Shown here: positions 41,303-56,177 of the stretch, piece by piece
Layout: every line of letters starts with the position of its first letter
Position numbering within the stretch: the first letter of the stretch is position 1
DNA from: Octopus vulgaris
Taxonomy: Eukaryota
Length of the DNA: 64,000 bases
Reading direction: 5' to 3'
Assembly: GCA_951406725.2 (NCBI GenBank)
Contig: OX597826.1
Span: 43,524,001-43,588,000 of the forward strand
Notes under the pieces: generated by a model
What the model saw: the letters and a program-made list of their open reading frames with translations, nothing else
Told to the model about the DNA's origin: nothing
The model's database searches: none
Program-made: the position numbers and the translations under genes

Positions 41303-41350
<48 letters not shown>

Positions 41351-41534
41351 TATTTTATTCTTCTTTTACTTGTTTCTGTCATTTAGACTGTGGCTATGCT
41401 GGAGCACCGCCTTTTAGTTGAACAAATCGATTCCTGGTACTTATTCTATCGGTCTCTTTTGCTGAATCGTTATGGGGTCGTAAACATACCAACATCGGTT
41501 GACAAGTGATGGTAGTGGGGAGGCAAACTCACAC

Positions 41535-41725
41535 AAACCAGGACAGACAAACGGATTAAATCGATTATATCGACCCAAGTGCGTAACTGGTACTTAATTT
41601 ATCGACCCCCGAAAGGATGAAAGGCAAAGTCGACCTCGGCGGAATTTGAACTCAGATCGTAACGGCAGACAAAATACCACTAAGCATTTCGCCCGGCGTG
41701 CTAACGTTTCTACCAGCTCGCCACC
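41535..41725 (-). mobile_element. Nin-domain-like SINE
   Basis: Same family as 7665-8375 and 56178-56697. Confidence 0.85.
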
Positions 41726-41809
41726 TCTTACCATACAGCTACGCGGGGAAAACATATTTCTACCAGCTTGCAAGCTTCTTACCATACGCCTGCGCCTATA
41801 TGTATGTAC

Positions 41810-41889
<80 letters not shown>

Positions 41890-42441
41890 ATAGAGATTAA
41901 GAATGTATATACATGTGTGTGTGTGCGTGTGTGTGTGTGTGTATAAGTACCTGGAAGAGTAGAAAGTGTATTTCCAATGCAGCACTCAACATGAATTTTA
42001 GGCTAGCTACACTGTCGGATTCCAGACTAATATCGAAATTCTTCAGGTGTAGATAATCCAGATTTCGCAAGAGTAACACTGCTGTATAGCTTAGCGAGGA
42101 TAATCCACGCGAGAAGACAAAGAAAAATTTTAACATATCTTAAATGCGCAATTACAATTGTATCTGTACCAATTCTGCTTTCATTACCAGTTGACGCAAA
42201 AGTTCCACGTGAAAATTTACGTAATATATGCGGGATTAAACACTAGCAGTTCACTTCGTCAGACCTGCATTAAAGGTGCGCGTTTACATTGATGTTGAGG
42301 AGATCGATAAATCGCTATAATCGTTGCTACTGGAAACCTAAAAATTCACAAATTACAGGGCAAGGTCATTGTTAACATAGTAGGAAGAATTGCAATATGG
42401 TGTAGATAGTCAATATTGGGCTTAACAGGACTATTCTTTAA

Positions 42442-42785
42442 TGAAGGTGCATGCCTCAGTGATTCGAGCGTTGGGCTTATAACAATTGTGAGGTTATCAG
42501 TTCGATTCCCAGATTGACCTGTGTGTTGTGTTCTTGAGCAAGATACTTTATTTAACATTTCTCCAATCCACTCAGCTGTAGAATTGAGTTGCAACGTCAC
42601 TGGTGCCAAGCTGTATCCGGCCTTTGCCTTTCCTTTGGACAACACCGGTAGTGTGGAGAGCGGAGGCATGGTATGTTTGGGCGACTGCTAATCTTCTACA
42701 AACAACCCTGCACGAGCTTGTTCCTCGGAACTTTCTTCTAGGTGCAATCCCATGGTCATTCACGACCGAAGGAGGTCATTACCCA
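42442..42785 (+). mobile_element. tRNA-derived SINE (second OR-like family)
   Basis: Homologous to 26408-26746. Confidence 0.85.
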
Positions 42786-43915
42786 TTTTGACAGCAACGT
42801 AACAGGTACCGTTTTTTTTTTTAAATGTTGCAGGAATCTCATGTTGTACACCCAAGAGTCATTTGAAGATGGAGAGGACCCTTATTTCAAGCGAGATGTA
42901 TCAGGTCTCCACTATCATTCCAATATCACATTATTTTTTTTATGAGGCCACCAAAAAACACGATTTATTATGCAAAACTAACAGTAATGAATAGAATGAA
43001 AGCAGCGGTTGAAGAAAAAGCCTTAACTATTTTCTGAGATGTTTACGATCTGAACTGGGACAGCAATATCTGAACTCGAACAGCCACTTGCGATGACTCG
43101 GCAAACTTAGATAATTTGTTTTCTTTAATATATTTTGAGACATTGCAGTAAGACACATTCGAAGTGTGTACATGTTTGAGACACTTTATGTATATTAAGA
43201 CGTTTTTGTACTCTATTCCATTAGAAGATGGACTTTGTGGAGCTCTGGTTGTAATTCACAATCCAGGCTTTCCCAACATGTCTATCACATACGACCGGAT
43301 CTAGCTACTCTACAACAATACGAATTAAAAGGGATTTTGATCAGCCTTTGAATATTCTTGTCGTCAAATAATTCCAAGCGGAGAAATCGACTGAAGCACC
43401 ACTGCAGTTACTAAACAAACTAAGAATTTTATCGTTTAGTAACCACGTGGTTTCGGGCTTGACGCCACTACATAGCACGCTTGGTAAGAGTCTTCTGCCA
43501 CAACCCCGTTTTGATCGACGGTTTGTGTTTTGTGACCTGGGTGAAATTTGATTGACGGAAACTGAAAGGAAGTGTTTCCTATTCTTGTGTGACAGTTTTA
43601 AACCGTCACCTGGTTTAACAGCCTTCATCTAATCCTTTGATGCTTTTAGCAGAGTCCACTGTGTATTGCCATTGAAAAGGATAAAGATTACCATTTTAAT
43701 TTAGATCAAGAAAAAGTAGCCATAGTCTTCTCTACACTTTGCTGATTACACATACGCAGACATACACATACACAAGTACACAGACGCACGTATACACACG
43801 CATACATGTATGCAAGTCTTCATGCATACATGCATATATATAATTATATGAGTGTATAGACATATATATATATACATATATATGCATACACATATATAAC
43901 AAATATATATATATG

Positions 43916-43947
<32 letters not shown>

Positions 43948-43952
43948 TATAA

Positions 43953-44078
<126 letters not shown>

Positions 44079-45419
44079 AGAAACATATATATATATATCA
44101 AGAAACATATATAGATATGTGTGTATACATCTATGTATGCCTTTGTGTGTAAGTATATATATATATACAAACATAAATACATACATACATACATACATAT
44201 ATACATACATATATATATATATATACACACATACGCGCGTACACCCGTGCGCATATATAGGGATTGAGATATCCAACTACCTGTGAACGTATTTTAATTT
44301 TGTCAGCAATTATGTGACTACAGTCAATCTACTTCTTTTTTTTTTTAATATGTTACCGGAAAATCTTCCCTATGTGCTGTTATATTATCAATATTTTGGG
44401 GGACGGGGATGGGGGAGGGGGGAAGCGATTCAATTGTACATAAAACCATTTTAATTTCAAAGAAATATCGCAATTTTTTTTAAGGAAACATTTCAATATT
44501 AATGTTTCTTTCGATAATGTTGATTTATGTATTTTTATTTGTATTTACTTAATATTATGAATATGCCGCATATTTTTTTTTTTTCATGAATTCGTAGGAA
44601 TCCTTTCAGTAGCGTGTTTCGCAATGTTCTTACGTATAACAAATTATATTTAGCTATACGTAAGAACAGAATTCCGCGAGTTCGCTACATATGGTATATT
44701 CGTTACATTCTTATCACTAACTCGCTGCCATATAACATGATATATTGCCGAAGCAATCATGGACTTATACCGTTTCGGTTTGACAATTATTTTGTAAGGA
44801 TTCTTCGAACCCATTGAAAAATATTCTCGAAAATTCTTTGGCAACTTTAAAACTTTCTTTTATCAGAAAAATCTATTCTTCCTCATTAAATTTTGCTGCA
44901 AAAAACGTTTCTTTCCTAAATTTCATGGTGGTTAATAACCTGATAAAAATTCTGAACATTGTTTCTGACCGTGAAGACAGCGTAGATAGTAGAGATTAAT
45001 GGAAGTTTATTGTTGGTAAAAATGTTGCTGTCAATAACAAAGACACTGACAATGTTTAACATTTTTAGTTCGTAACTACTGAAGATTCCATCGCTTAGTA
45101 AGAGTTATAAAAGCAAAACCCATAATCCTTTTCAGGAACTATTAGAAAATAGGGAAGAAAGGAGTAAGTTTATTTTCGAATTGGAGCCTTGGTCAAGATG
45201 CCTACAACAGAGTGGACTCTGCTAAAAGCACAGAAGGATCAGATAAAGGTTGAGTCTATTTATTACCCAAGTATAGGACAGGCGAGGATTTGGGTCTATT
45301 TATCACCCAAGAATAGAACAGTTCTGTCCGATAAGCTTCCTCTAAGGTCCCACAACCCGCAAGGCCATAAAGCTTTGGTCAAGTTAAGGCTGTGCTGAAA
45401 AACTATATATCGGCTAGAT

Positions 45420-46300
45420 GTGATCTATGTCTCGCGCCCATACTTGATAATAGAAACACACAATGCTTGGTAGAAGAGAACCTCAGTAAGGTAACTAAGA
45501 TGGTTGTTTAGAAAGAGCCTGTCTTTGAGCCTTCTAGAGTTTGGAATCGATTCATCTCGTGTGGAATCACTGGAAATGATGCCTGATCAAATATAGGAAT
45601 GGCGAATGTGTGGATAGTTGTTGCAGTTGTACTGAGAAAACTGGGAAGGAGAGAGAGGGCCACAGTGTATCATAGAGAAACGACCCCAGTTTTAATGAGA
45701 GTTAACTTTCAAGCCTATTTTTGTATAGTCTGTAACAGATGAGATTTTGTTTCTATGGGCTTCGGGAGTGTGAGCTACCAGAGCACAGTCATTACCACAT
45801 TGTAATTTTATTATAATTTCAGATCTGAGTTTAGTGATGGTGAAAAGTCCCCTGTTGAGTTGAAAATTTATAGTAACACAGTGGTCAAAACAGATGAGGA
45901 AATTATTAAACATACGGGGGCCAGCATACAATGTTATCTGGCCCCTTTCTTTCATACATTAAGGGGTTCTTATTTCTAAATTTCCTTCATAGCTCGATCC
46001 ATCGTTCCTATGTGGAACAAGCGTAAGAGATTCATGAATTTTGGCTGGCAAAGTTTCTGGTAACATCCGGCAGACGTCCCTCGTACCTTATGTGAAAAAC
46101 ATTTGATACTTTAATAAATGCAGTGTATAAGTTTTGGAGTTCTTCACTTCAATTTTCCTAAAGTCTTGTAACGCAAAACTGGTCTCTGTACTTCGGTCCC
46201 TGCAGAAATCATACATGGCTGAAGGGAAAACTCATTAAAATGTTTCCAGTATCAAGGTTCCAGTTCAGAAGTTTTCGCAGTGTGTTGTGACCTTTTGGTC
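45420..46300 (-). mobile_element. Highly degraded RTE LINE RT fragment
   Basis: Minus strand remnants KFMNLLRLFHIG and SIIKYGRET, resembling the RTE LLYGxETW region. Confidence 0.55.
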
Positions 46301-46754
46301 ACCACTAATTCTAGTTGCACTCAAGACTACGATGGTATAACCTGCCAAGACTCTTAGTTATGGAGCAAACAACAGAAGAAGCACTTGCCGCTATAGGACA
46401 TGGAGGAGGACTAGCCACTAGATAGTGTCACATAGATCCACTGAAACAGCCATTTTTGACTCGGAGAGAAATTCAAAACGATTTGAAAAATGCCGGAATT
46501 GAAGTAAGTAAGGTTACGATTAAGAGATCACTGAATCGTACAATCCTGTATTCTAGATCACCAAGAAAGACTCCACTATTAAAACGTAACAGCCCTGAGG
46601 TCACATAAACTAATCCGCCTGTTTAAGGTTTGAAGAGAGCCTCTGCCTCAGAAGTAACTCGGGAGAATTTTAAACAAGGAGAGAAATCAGTGAATAAATT
46701 CATGAAAGGCAACAGGAAGCCACAGCCTAAATTTTCAGACTCTAATATGGAGGA

Positions 46755-46822
<68 letters not shown>

Positions 46823-46982
46823 GCGTAGCAAAAGTATTTAACACATCGGTTTTTTATAAATTTCACAATAATAAAATCGTTCAATTTGAATGATACTTAC
46901 ACTTCAAATATTTTAATGAACGTTGTCTAACTAAACATAGAAGAAAATTGAGAAACACTGTTTTATGTACTTTTATTACCAA

Positions 46983-47367
46983 CTAGCAGTATCGCCCGGC
47001 GTTGCTCGGGTTTGTAAGGGAAATAAATATAAAGCATTTTTAGAGAGTTATAGCTAAAAAATAGCAAAAAAATGGGAAAAAAATGATGGTAAATTTTTTT
47101 TGAGAGTAAAAAAGGTCGAGTTGCGTCCCCCTAGACAGTCTGTGGTTTGTGCTTCTGATTCTCGACCCCATGTCGAATTTATCGATTTTTTTCAGAACTG
47201 GGGGAACTTTTCAAAGTTTTCGCTGCGTTAGTTTTGAATTATGACATTGGGCTATGTGTGTGTCAAGTTTCATCAGAATTGGTTGAAAGCCGTGGTCAGG
47301 GTGAGGGTACAAGCTAACAGACACACAGAGACACACACAGACAAACTGCCGTTTATATAGAGAGAGA
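46983..47367 (-). mobile_element. Non-autonomous Helitron nested in the left Tc1 TIR
   Basis: Minus strand 5' TC to cccgagcaacgccgggcgatactgCTAG 3'; removing it restores attaccaa|ttttcg, matching the right TIR; A|T site, no TSD. Confidence 0.9.
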
Positions 47368-47588
47368 TTTTCGAATTTGACTGTGTGCAAAGGTATTTAA
47401 CACCTATACAAATAATGCGGTAAAAAGGGTATTTTAAAACTATTTTCAGTTATTTTGATATGGTTTGTACTTCAACCAATCACAGGTTGTCTTCAATATA
47501 GGTATTAACCAAGCACGCCGCTCTATTGGCACATAGTAATAACAGGTCTGATACACTACAGACTGTTCCGATATCTAAACTTATAAAA

Positions 47589-48609
47589 ATGGTCAAAACA
47601 AAAGGATTGTCAAATGATATGCAACAGAAGATCATAAAGCTGCAGTAAGATGGTAAGGGGTATCGGAATTTGCTCAAGATTTAAATTTGCTTGTGTGTAC
47701 AGTTGGTACAGTTGTTCGAAAGTGGGAAAAAATATTATACTACTGAAAATATTGAAAGGATTGGTCGTAAGCGTAAATTAAACGAGGTTACTGAACGATA
47801 TATTGCCCGGAATGTTTAGAAACAGCCATTTTTGACTCGAAGAGAAATTCAAAACGATTTGAAAAATGCCGGAATTGAAGTAAGTAAGGTTACGATTAAG
47901 AGATCACTCAATCGTACAACCCTGTATTATAGACCACCAAGAAAGACTCCACTATTAAAACGCAAACACGTGCAAGACCGTTTGAAATTTGTTACAAAGT
48001 ATGAACACGAATCAGATGAATTCTGGAAGAAGGTTATTTGGTCAAATGAAACGAAAATTGAGCTTTTCGGGAGAAACATGTGCATCCAAGTATGGAGGGA
48101 AAAAGGAACTGAATACAACCCAGTAAACACCATCCCCAAAGTGAAATATGGGGGTGGAAGTGTAATGATTTGGGGTTGTTTTTCTTATAATGGAGATGGA
48201 GAAATGGAAGTCATCGAAAGAAGAATGAATGCAGCAAAATACAAGCAAATCTTATCAACCCATCTATTAAAAAGTGCAACAGCTTTGGGGTTTGACCGAG
48301 ATTTTGTATTCCAGCAGGACAACTATCCAAACCATAGGTCTAAAACAACTCAACAATGGTTCAATGAAAATGGAATTGATGTTCTGGAATGGCGTAGCCA
48401 GTCACCAGATCTGAATCCAATAGAAAATTTATGGAAAAAGTTGAAGTTGAGTGTACACGCAATAGATCCCCAAAATATCAAGGAACTGGAGAAAGTCTGT
48501 GAAGAATGGGTGAAACTGCCAAAAGAATGAGTGGAACTGCCAGAAACTCGTTGAAAACTACAGAAAACGACTAGAGGCTGTAAGGCAGAGGATATGCTAC
48601 TAAATAGTA
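47589..48609 (+). pseudogene. Tc1 transposase pseudogene
   Basis: MVKTKGLSNDMQQKII...; WSNETK (first D mutated to N), KYGGGSVMIWGCF, FQQDNYP, SPDLNPIENLW; stops and frameshifts. Confidence 0.92.
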
Positions 48610-49756
48610 ACAAATCGTGTTAAATACGTCTGCATACAGTCAAATTCGAAAATTGGTAATAAAAGTACAGAAAGACGTTTCTCAATTTTCCTCTATGTTT
48701 CTCAATTTTCCTCTCAATTTTCCTCTAGACAATGTTCATTAAAATATTTGAAGTCAGTATCATTCAAATTGAACGATTTTATTATTGTGAAATTTATAAA
48801 AAACCGATGTGTTAAATACTTTTGCTACCCACTGTGTGTATATATATATATATACACAAACATACGTACACGCACACACACACAGGCATATATATATATA
48901 TACATACAAAGGTATGTATGTATATTTATATATTACACCACACACACACACACACACTCACACGTAACGAATGCCTTGTGTAAAAGCTGGTTCCTTTTGG
49001 GGCGTTGCTGACAAGGTACAAGTTTCTGTCAAACTTGTTGCTTATTTCAACAAACATCTACATCTTACAACTCTTACATACTTTGAGTCTGTCCATGTTA
49101 TTATTCTATATATGGTATATATATGCATGTATATAAGACACGTGTGCTTGTGTGTATATATGTGTGTGTGTGTGTGCTGGCTCGTGCATACATGTGTGCA
49201 TGTGTATAACGCTCTATACGTCTCTATATGCTATAACGCTATATACCTTATAATACTATGTATCACTGCTTGTTTGACTGACTGTCTCAGTAAATATGCG
49301 CGGAATAGTTCATGTTGTTGACAGATTCGGATCTAAATAACCCGATCCAGTTCCCTTTTGTGACCCAGATTTGAAAAAAAAAATGGGGGAGAACTGGGAA
49401 ACTAAGCTAATGTTAACCAGTTTATTGACATATAGATATTTCTAGAAGTTCGGTCAACAATTGGTTTATATGATAATGTGGCTCCAGCTTCAGGCGTCTA
49501 AACTTTCGCTCCGTTCTTTAATGACACATAAATATTTTTCATTCTATTAGGCATCTATTTTTATAGTGCTTATTTTTACGCGCCTAGTTTTATGCAAAAC
49601 AATCTTTCGTGATTTGCAATTCTGTTCTATATTATACTGTCTCCTCTCGTCAGATATCTTGGTAATTCTTCGCCAAAAAGACGAATAGATATTATGTATA
49701 TATGTGCCTATCTTTTACTCTTTCCAGCTCTGTATATATGTGTGCGTGTATGTATG

Positions 49757-49985
49757 TATTTCGGTCATATTATGCGGAGAGAATCCCTGGAGAAGGACAT
49801 CATGCTCGGAATGGTCAGTGGCAAGAGAGGAAGAGACCGATCAAGAACCCGCTGGCTTGACACCATCAGGAATGATACCGGAATAGACATGGCCAGTCTG
49901 AAGGAAGCGGCCCAGGATAGAACTGACTGGAGAACACTGATCCATCGAGTAACCGAGAGTTGACTTCGACTGAGCGGATAGAGAG
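49757..49985 (+). mobile_element. RTE (BovB-like) LINE 3' end
   Basis: YFGHIMRRESLEKDIMLGMVSGKRGR...RTRWLD...AAQDRTDWRTLIHRVTES. Confidence 0.88.
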
Positions 49986-50857
49986 AGATGTATGTATGTA
50001 TGTATGTATGTATGTATGTATGTATGTATGTATGTATGTATGTATGTATGTATGTATGTATGTATGTATGTATGTATGTGTGTGTGTATGTATGTGTGTG
50101 TGTGTATGTATGTATGTATGTATGTATGTATGTATGTATGTATGTATGTGTGTGTATATATATTTATTTATTATATATTTACAACCAAACACACGTATGC
50201 GCACATATGCGCACGTATGCGCACATATCTACGTATTCTGAAAGTGGTGAACAAAACAAAAACTAAACCAACAATACAGGAAGTACAAGTTCCAACACAT
50301 TCCATTATTCTAACACTTTATGTGCATATATGTAAATATACATACATACGTACATACATACATACATACATACATACATACATACATACATACATACATA
50401 CATACATACATACATGCATACATACATACATAATTATACATTTAGTACAAATATATGTGTGTGTATTTACATAAATAAATAAATATACATATTTATATAT
50501 ATATATATATATTCATAAATATATATATGTGTGTATATATATATATGTGTGTGTGTGGGGTGTATCACGTATATATATTTATGTATTTCGACTAACCTAA
50601 CGACCTATTTATTTATTTATAGTTCATAACAACCTATACATTTATAGTCAGTTTATTTATATGGGAATACATATCAAAAATAACGTAAACCGATAAATAA
50701 TAAACACACAAGGTAATTGTAACCACATATATAACAACGACTTAACTGTTTTCAATTTTCTGTATTTTAAAACTATATTGGAATTTTTGTAAGCAAAATC
50801 CGATCACGCCAACAAACACCAACACCGGTACCAATGCCACCACCACCACCACCATCA

Positions 50858-50858
50858 C

Positions 50859-50909
<51 letters not shown>

Positions 50910-50974
50910 TAATAATGATGATGATGATGATTATGATAATAATAATAATAATGATAATAATGATGATAATGATG

Positions 50975-51008
<34 letters not shown>

Positions 51009-51055
51009 TGATGATGATGATGATGATGATGATAATAATAATAATAATGATGATA

Positions 51056-51087
<32 letters not shown>

Positions 51088-51115
51088 AATAATAATAATG
51101 ATGATGAGGATGATA

Positions 51116-51204
<89 letters not shown>

Positions 51205-51330
51205 AAGAAGAAGAAGAAGAAGAAGAAGAAGAAGAAGAAGGAGAAGAAGAAGAAGAAGAAGAAGAAGAAGAAGAAGAAGAAGAAGAAGAAGAAGAAGAAG
51301 AAGAAGAAGAAGAAGAAGAAGAAGAAGAAG
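50858..51330. repeat. Compound (AAT)n/(GAT)n/(GAA)n microsatellite
   Basis: Direct reading; (GAA)n about 51176-51330. Confidence 0.95.
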
Positions 51331-51678
51331 AAAAATAGGAATGATAAGAATAATGATACTAACAACTGAAGCCATCCCCAAATATGCTATAAGCTGACCA
51401 GCACGTTTGCTCATCAAGTTCTAGATGAGTTCAACCATGAGATATGTGGAAGTGTTTATTATGTGGATGAGATGAAATAAATAAAAAAAATATTTTAAAA
51501 AATGTTGCCGGAGCAATAATAGGCTTGTTGAAACGTTACTAATCCGAAACAGCTTTTAACATTAATCTCCTCCGTTGTTTTTCATAATCAAATGAAAATC
51601 AGTCAAATGGAAAGCCAAATACATTTTTCTAATCGAAATCATTACTCTGAGCCGTAGAGTTGTCTACTACTACAAATG

Positions 51679-51738
<60 letters not shown>

Positions 51739-51805
51739 TTACTACTACTACTACTACTAATACTAATACTACTACTACTACTGCTACCCCTCCACAAGAC
51801 CCTCG

Positions 51806-51854
<49 letters not shown>

Positions 51855-52202
51855 TTACTGTTATTTAGTTATTATTGTTGTTGTTGTTATTTAGTTCTTG
51901 TTTTTGTTGTTGTTGTTATTATTATTATTATTATTTCTTTAATAATTATTGTCGTTGATATTGTGTAGTTGCTTTAAAATTCTTGAAATTTTATGGAAAT
52001 AACGAAGGGTGGGGGTGGGGTGGGGGGGGAAAGGAACAAAATAATTTTTTTTTAACCAGAAAGAAATTAAACTTCCATAATTTATTTTTTTTTAAGAAAG
52101 AAGGAAAATAAAAGAAAAACATTATATCAAGATTTAGACATTTAGACAATATTCAGCTTAATAATTGTACAAACGTCGCAGTTGAGTTTATATGAAGCAC
52201 TC

Positions 52203-52264
<62 letters not shown>

Positions 52265-52329
52265 AAATATATATATACACACACACATATATATATATGC
52301 ATGTATACATATATACATACGTGTGTATG

Positions 52330-52372
<43 letters not shown>

Positions 52373-52466
52373 ATATATATGTATATATATATATATTATA
52401 TATATGTATATATATATATTTATATATATATGTATATATATATATACATACATATACATACATACT

Positions 52467-52504
<38 letters not shown>

Positions 52505-55224
52505 CACACATATATGTGCATACATGCATATATATATGTATGTGTGTGTGTGTGTGTGTATACCTGTGTGTATATATAGATCACAGTATTTGTGCTTGTA
52601 TATGTGGATGTCTTTATGCATGTATGTCTTTATATGTATGTATTCCTGCGTATGTTCGTGTGTATAGCACAGCCATTTTGATCACATATTGGCATGTAGT
52701 TATGTGTCCCAATTAAGGAAATTGTGGCATAGGAAATCTGGTATTCTTAGGTCGGTTCCCTTTGACCAAGTCTGCTGTATAATTTTCCGACTAGAAATTA
52801 CTAAATTAACCCAAAAGATCAAAAACTCTTCAGTCAGCTTTCACATCTATCTCAAACATTTAATAATATCGAAGTGTGTATCCATGCCACCACAGATCTA
52901 TGTATGCGCATATATATGACTATCTGCGTGTTGGTATATTGGTCTCTACGTTGTATGGACGCATAGAGTGACGTGTGGAAATGCGTATCAATACAACCAT
53001 AGAAATATGTGTATATATATTTGCATATGACACTGTATTTTGTATGTACGGATGTGATGTTGTGTGGCGTGTCTTGTATAGACACACACGAGTACATCGA
53101 AAATACACATATACAGACGTATGAAAGTATTCAAATTGAGACCTCTCTTTTGACACTTCCATGAGACCACGATATATAATTATTTGACTAGTAATTCTGC
53201 CTTTGAAATGTTTTCTCTCGCTTCATTAAAATATTTCTTTACCAAATGGTAATACAGGCGTGAACACGAACGTAGACATATATACATATACAGCTCCACA
53301 CGGAATGTCCACACACAAACAGACAAGCACACGCATATAACTACATGCGCATTATTTCTATGACCATACACAAATCCGCACTACGACGCATATATATGTA
53401 TATAGACTAACATATAAGTACACATTTTATGGTCATGTCTTTCTTCTTCCTTCTCCCATCTCTCTCCTATCCATATTTTGATATGGTTTGGCTGTTACCC
53501 CGTGTGATCATGTGCGGCTTCGTGTAATTATATTATAGGAGGGGCCGAATATTTAAAGGGAACTTTTAAAACAATCTGATCATATTGCTTGGTTCAGCAC
53601 AGAAGTTCGTATATAATATATATTTGAAATCCACTAAGAAAAATGTTTGTTGATAAATGAATTAAGCAACGTTACATTTCTGCCAGAACCGTTTAATGGA
53701 TGGCTTATATTTCAATTTGATATTATAGACACATGTATTAAATGTGTATACATACATCGTGTAGCTTACACAGGATTTTAGTTCATGCTGTCTAAAACTT
53801 ACATATTAGAGATATATATAATTTATTATTTCCCCAAGGAATTTCACAATTACACTGACAAGGTAACTGCTAGGTAGAAGGATGAGTTTAAAACTAAGCG
53901 ATATTTTTTTTCATCCTGGCTTTATGACAAAGTAGAAATTTTATGTTATGAATAATAGTTAAATATAGTTATCATTGAAAATAAAATATTTTACAAAAAA
54001 TGTGTTCCAAGAAATGTATATAAATATTTTAATCCTGGAAATTTTTATTGTATGATATTTTTGTTTGTTTCTTTTATGGAATAGAAGACATATGTAGAAT
54101 TTTTCACAATTCTATAATATTTTCAATGTTTACAAAGGTAATAAATTTCTAGCACTGCACCTTTCTGCATAAAAATCAAATAAGACATTACTTATAATGT
54201 ATTTTTCTATTAAGAACATCGATGGTGGTGAGGTGGTGTTAAATCTCTGTATTTCGACGATGTGGATTTAGACGTTCGATCAAGTGAGTTACCTGCTCTT
54301 GAATTAACATGAAAGTCGCTCGTTTTCATAGACATGTTCTACCTTTAACTTAACCACTATGACACAGTGTAAGATAAATGGCTGTACATTTTAAATTATA
54401 GGTAGAATCCATTCGATAAGCATCTATGCAGTTTCACTTGCATGGTATGGAATGATCTGAGGCTGCAGAATTTTTTTTGCTCTAGCGGTCACGCCGATGT
54501 GATCGAAGCTGGGTCCTCGTTTTGCGAAGACAGCTTCTGAACCATACAATTCCAAAGATTACGGTAGACTGAGTTCGATTACTGCTGCCTGATAGCTGTA
54601 GATATCATTGGGGAGAAATTAAATAATAGTTTTGTCAAGACTTTGCCTACTGTACAACAGCAAATACAGATTTTTGTGTTTCGAACACATTCAGTAGATA
54701 TTTTTGAGCAAATTAAAGGAAGATAATGTTAAGTATTATAGCAATTTGCTTCTAACTGGCGTATGACGATAGTTTTAACCTAAACGATGATACCAACGGT
54801 CATTTACTGTACTTGAGTCCCTGGAAAACTATACGTGAATCTTTACAAGTGCTGTATATATAAAAAAAAACACCGTATCACCTTTCCCATCCTCATACAT
54901 CTTGTTATAAGTTTATTTAAATTTATTTTGATTTGAAAACAAAAAAAACAGCAAAAATAAAGGAGGGAAATCTGTTGGTAAGATACAATAGTAGGACAAA
55001 GTAAAGTTAGAGATGATGTCATCAATGCCTTAATAATCCTGTATACTGCAAATACAAGGACTGAAATTTGGGGGAAGCGGGTTAGATGAATACATCAACC
55101 CTAGTGCTTATTTTATCGACCCCGAAAACATGAAAGGCAAAACCTATCTTTGCGGAATTTGAATTCAGAACTTAAGGAGCCCGAAAAAATTGCTGCTAAT
55201 TATTTCGCCTTGCGTTGGATCTCA

Positions 55225-55625
55225 AAGTTTCCCCACAAGGCAACCGAACGCAACAGGAGAAATTTCAGAATTATGGAAGTCCTCCTTATAAACAAGCTGA
55301 GACCAGCCATTAACAGCAGAAAGGAACTACACGAAGCAGACTGATTGCTGTAGCAACAACAGTCTGTGTATGTCACCTTCCTCCTTCCTTCCCTTCCTCT
55401 CCCCGCTACGCATCTGAGCTACAACCTTTTCCAACTACTGTTTTTCCGAATTTCCTGAAGAAGCGGTTTTCAGCCCGAAATTTAGATATACAAAGTAAAA
55501 CTGCTACTTTTTCTGTTCACTTTTACTTTTGTAGTTTACTTTGTACCTGCTCGCATAGTTTTGGCTTTACAAAACTACATTCTTTGAAGTTATACCTCTC
55601 AATGCTTCACCAAAACTACCTCAAT
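55225..55625 (+). mobile_element. Penelope-like 3' end (GIY-YIG C-terminus + pLTR) with HHR at 55450-55489
   Basis: ATERNRRNFRIMEVLLINKLRPAINSRKEL followed by a stop; then atttc-CTGAAGA-agcggttttcagccc-GAAA-ttta-gatat. Confidence 0.75.
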
Positions 55626-55628
55626 TTA

Positions 55629-55690
<62 letters not shown>

Positions 55691-55941
55691 ATAATGGCGG
55701 TGCCCCAGCATGGCCACAGCTCATAAGCTGAAACTAGAATCAATCAATCATATACATACATACATACATACATATATTTTACTGGTCTTATTCGCACTAA
55801 TCCAGTATCTGCACCAGCTGCTGCTGGTATTTTAGTATGTTTTTCTAACAGTGTATGTTTATAAGAGATACTTTCTCAAGATGGATACCGCAGCTTAGAA
55901 GGCTTTCAACATATACACACTTTAAGTATATATATAGATCG

Positions 55942-55985
<44 letters not shown>

Positions 55986-55992
55986 CCCACAT

Positions 55993-56026
<34 letters not shown>

Positions 56027-56177
56027 GTTTGTGAGTATGTGCATGTGTGCGCTCGCGCGTGTATGTAGATATGTGTGTATGTATGTATGTATGTATGTAT
56101 GTATGTATGTATGTATGTATGTTTGTATGTATGTATGTATGTGTATATATGAACATTGCGAAGAGAGAATACATAAT

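Larger units (their letters stand above)
46819..48834 (+). mobile_element. Tc1 (DD34E) transposon with long IR/DR-type TIRs
   Basis: About 200-bp TIRs starting cagtg.gtagcaaaagtatttaacac with internal repeat gtatttaacac; inserted in a (CA/TA)n tract. Confidence 0.93.

Noticed and set aside
50773-51417. 187-214 aa poly-I/M/R/L ORFs
   Set aside because: Compound trinucleotide repeat lacking stops by chance
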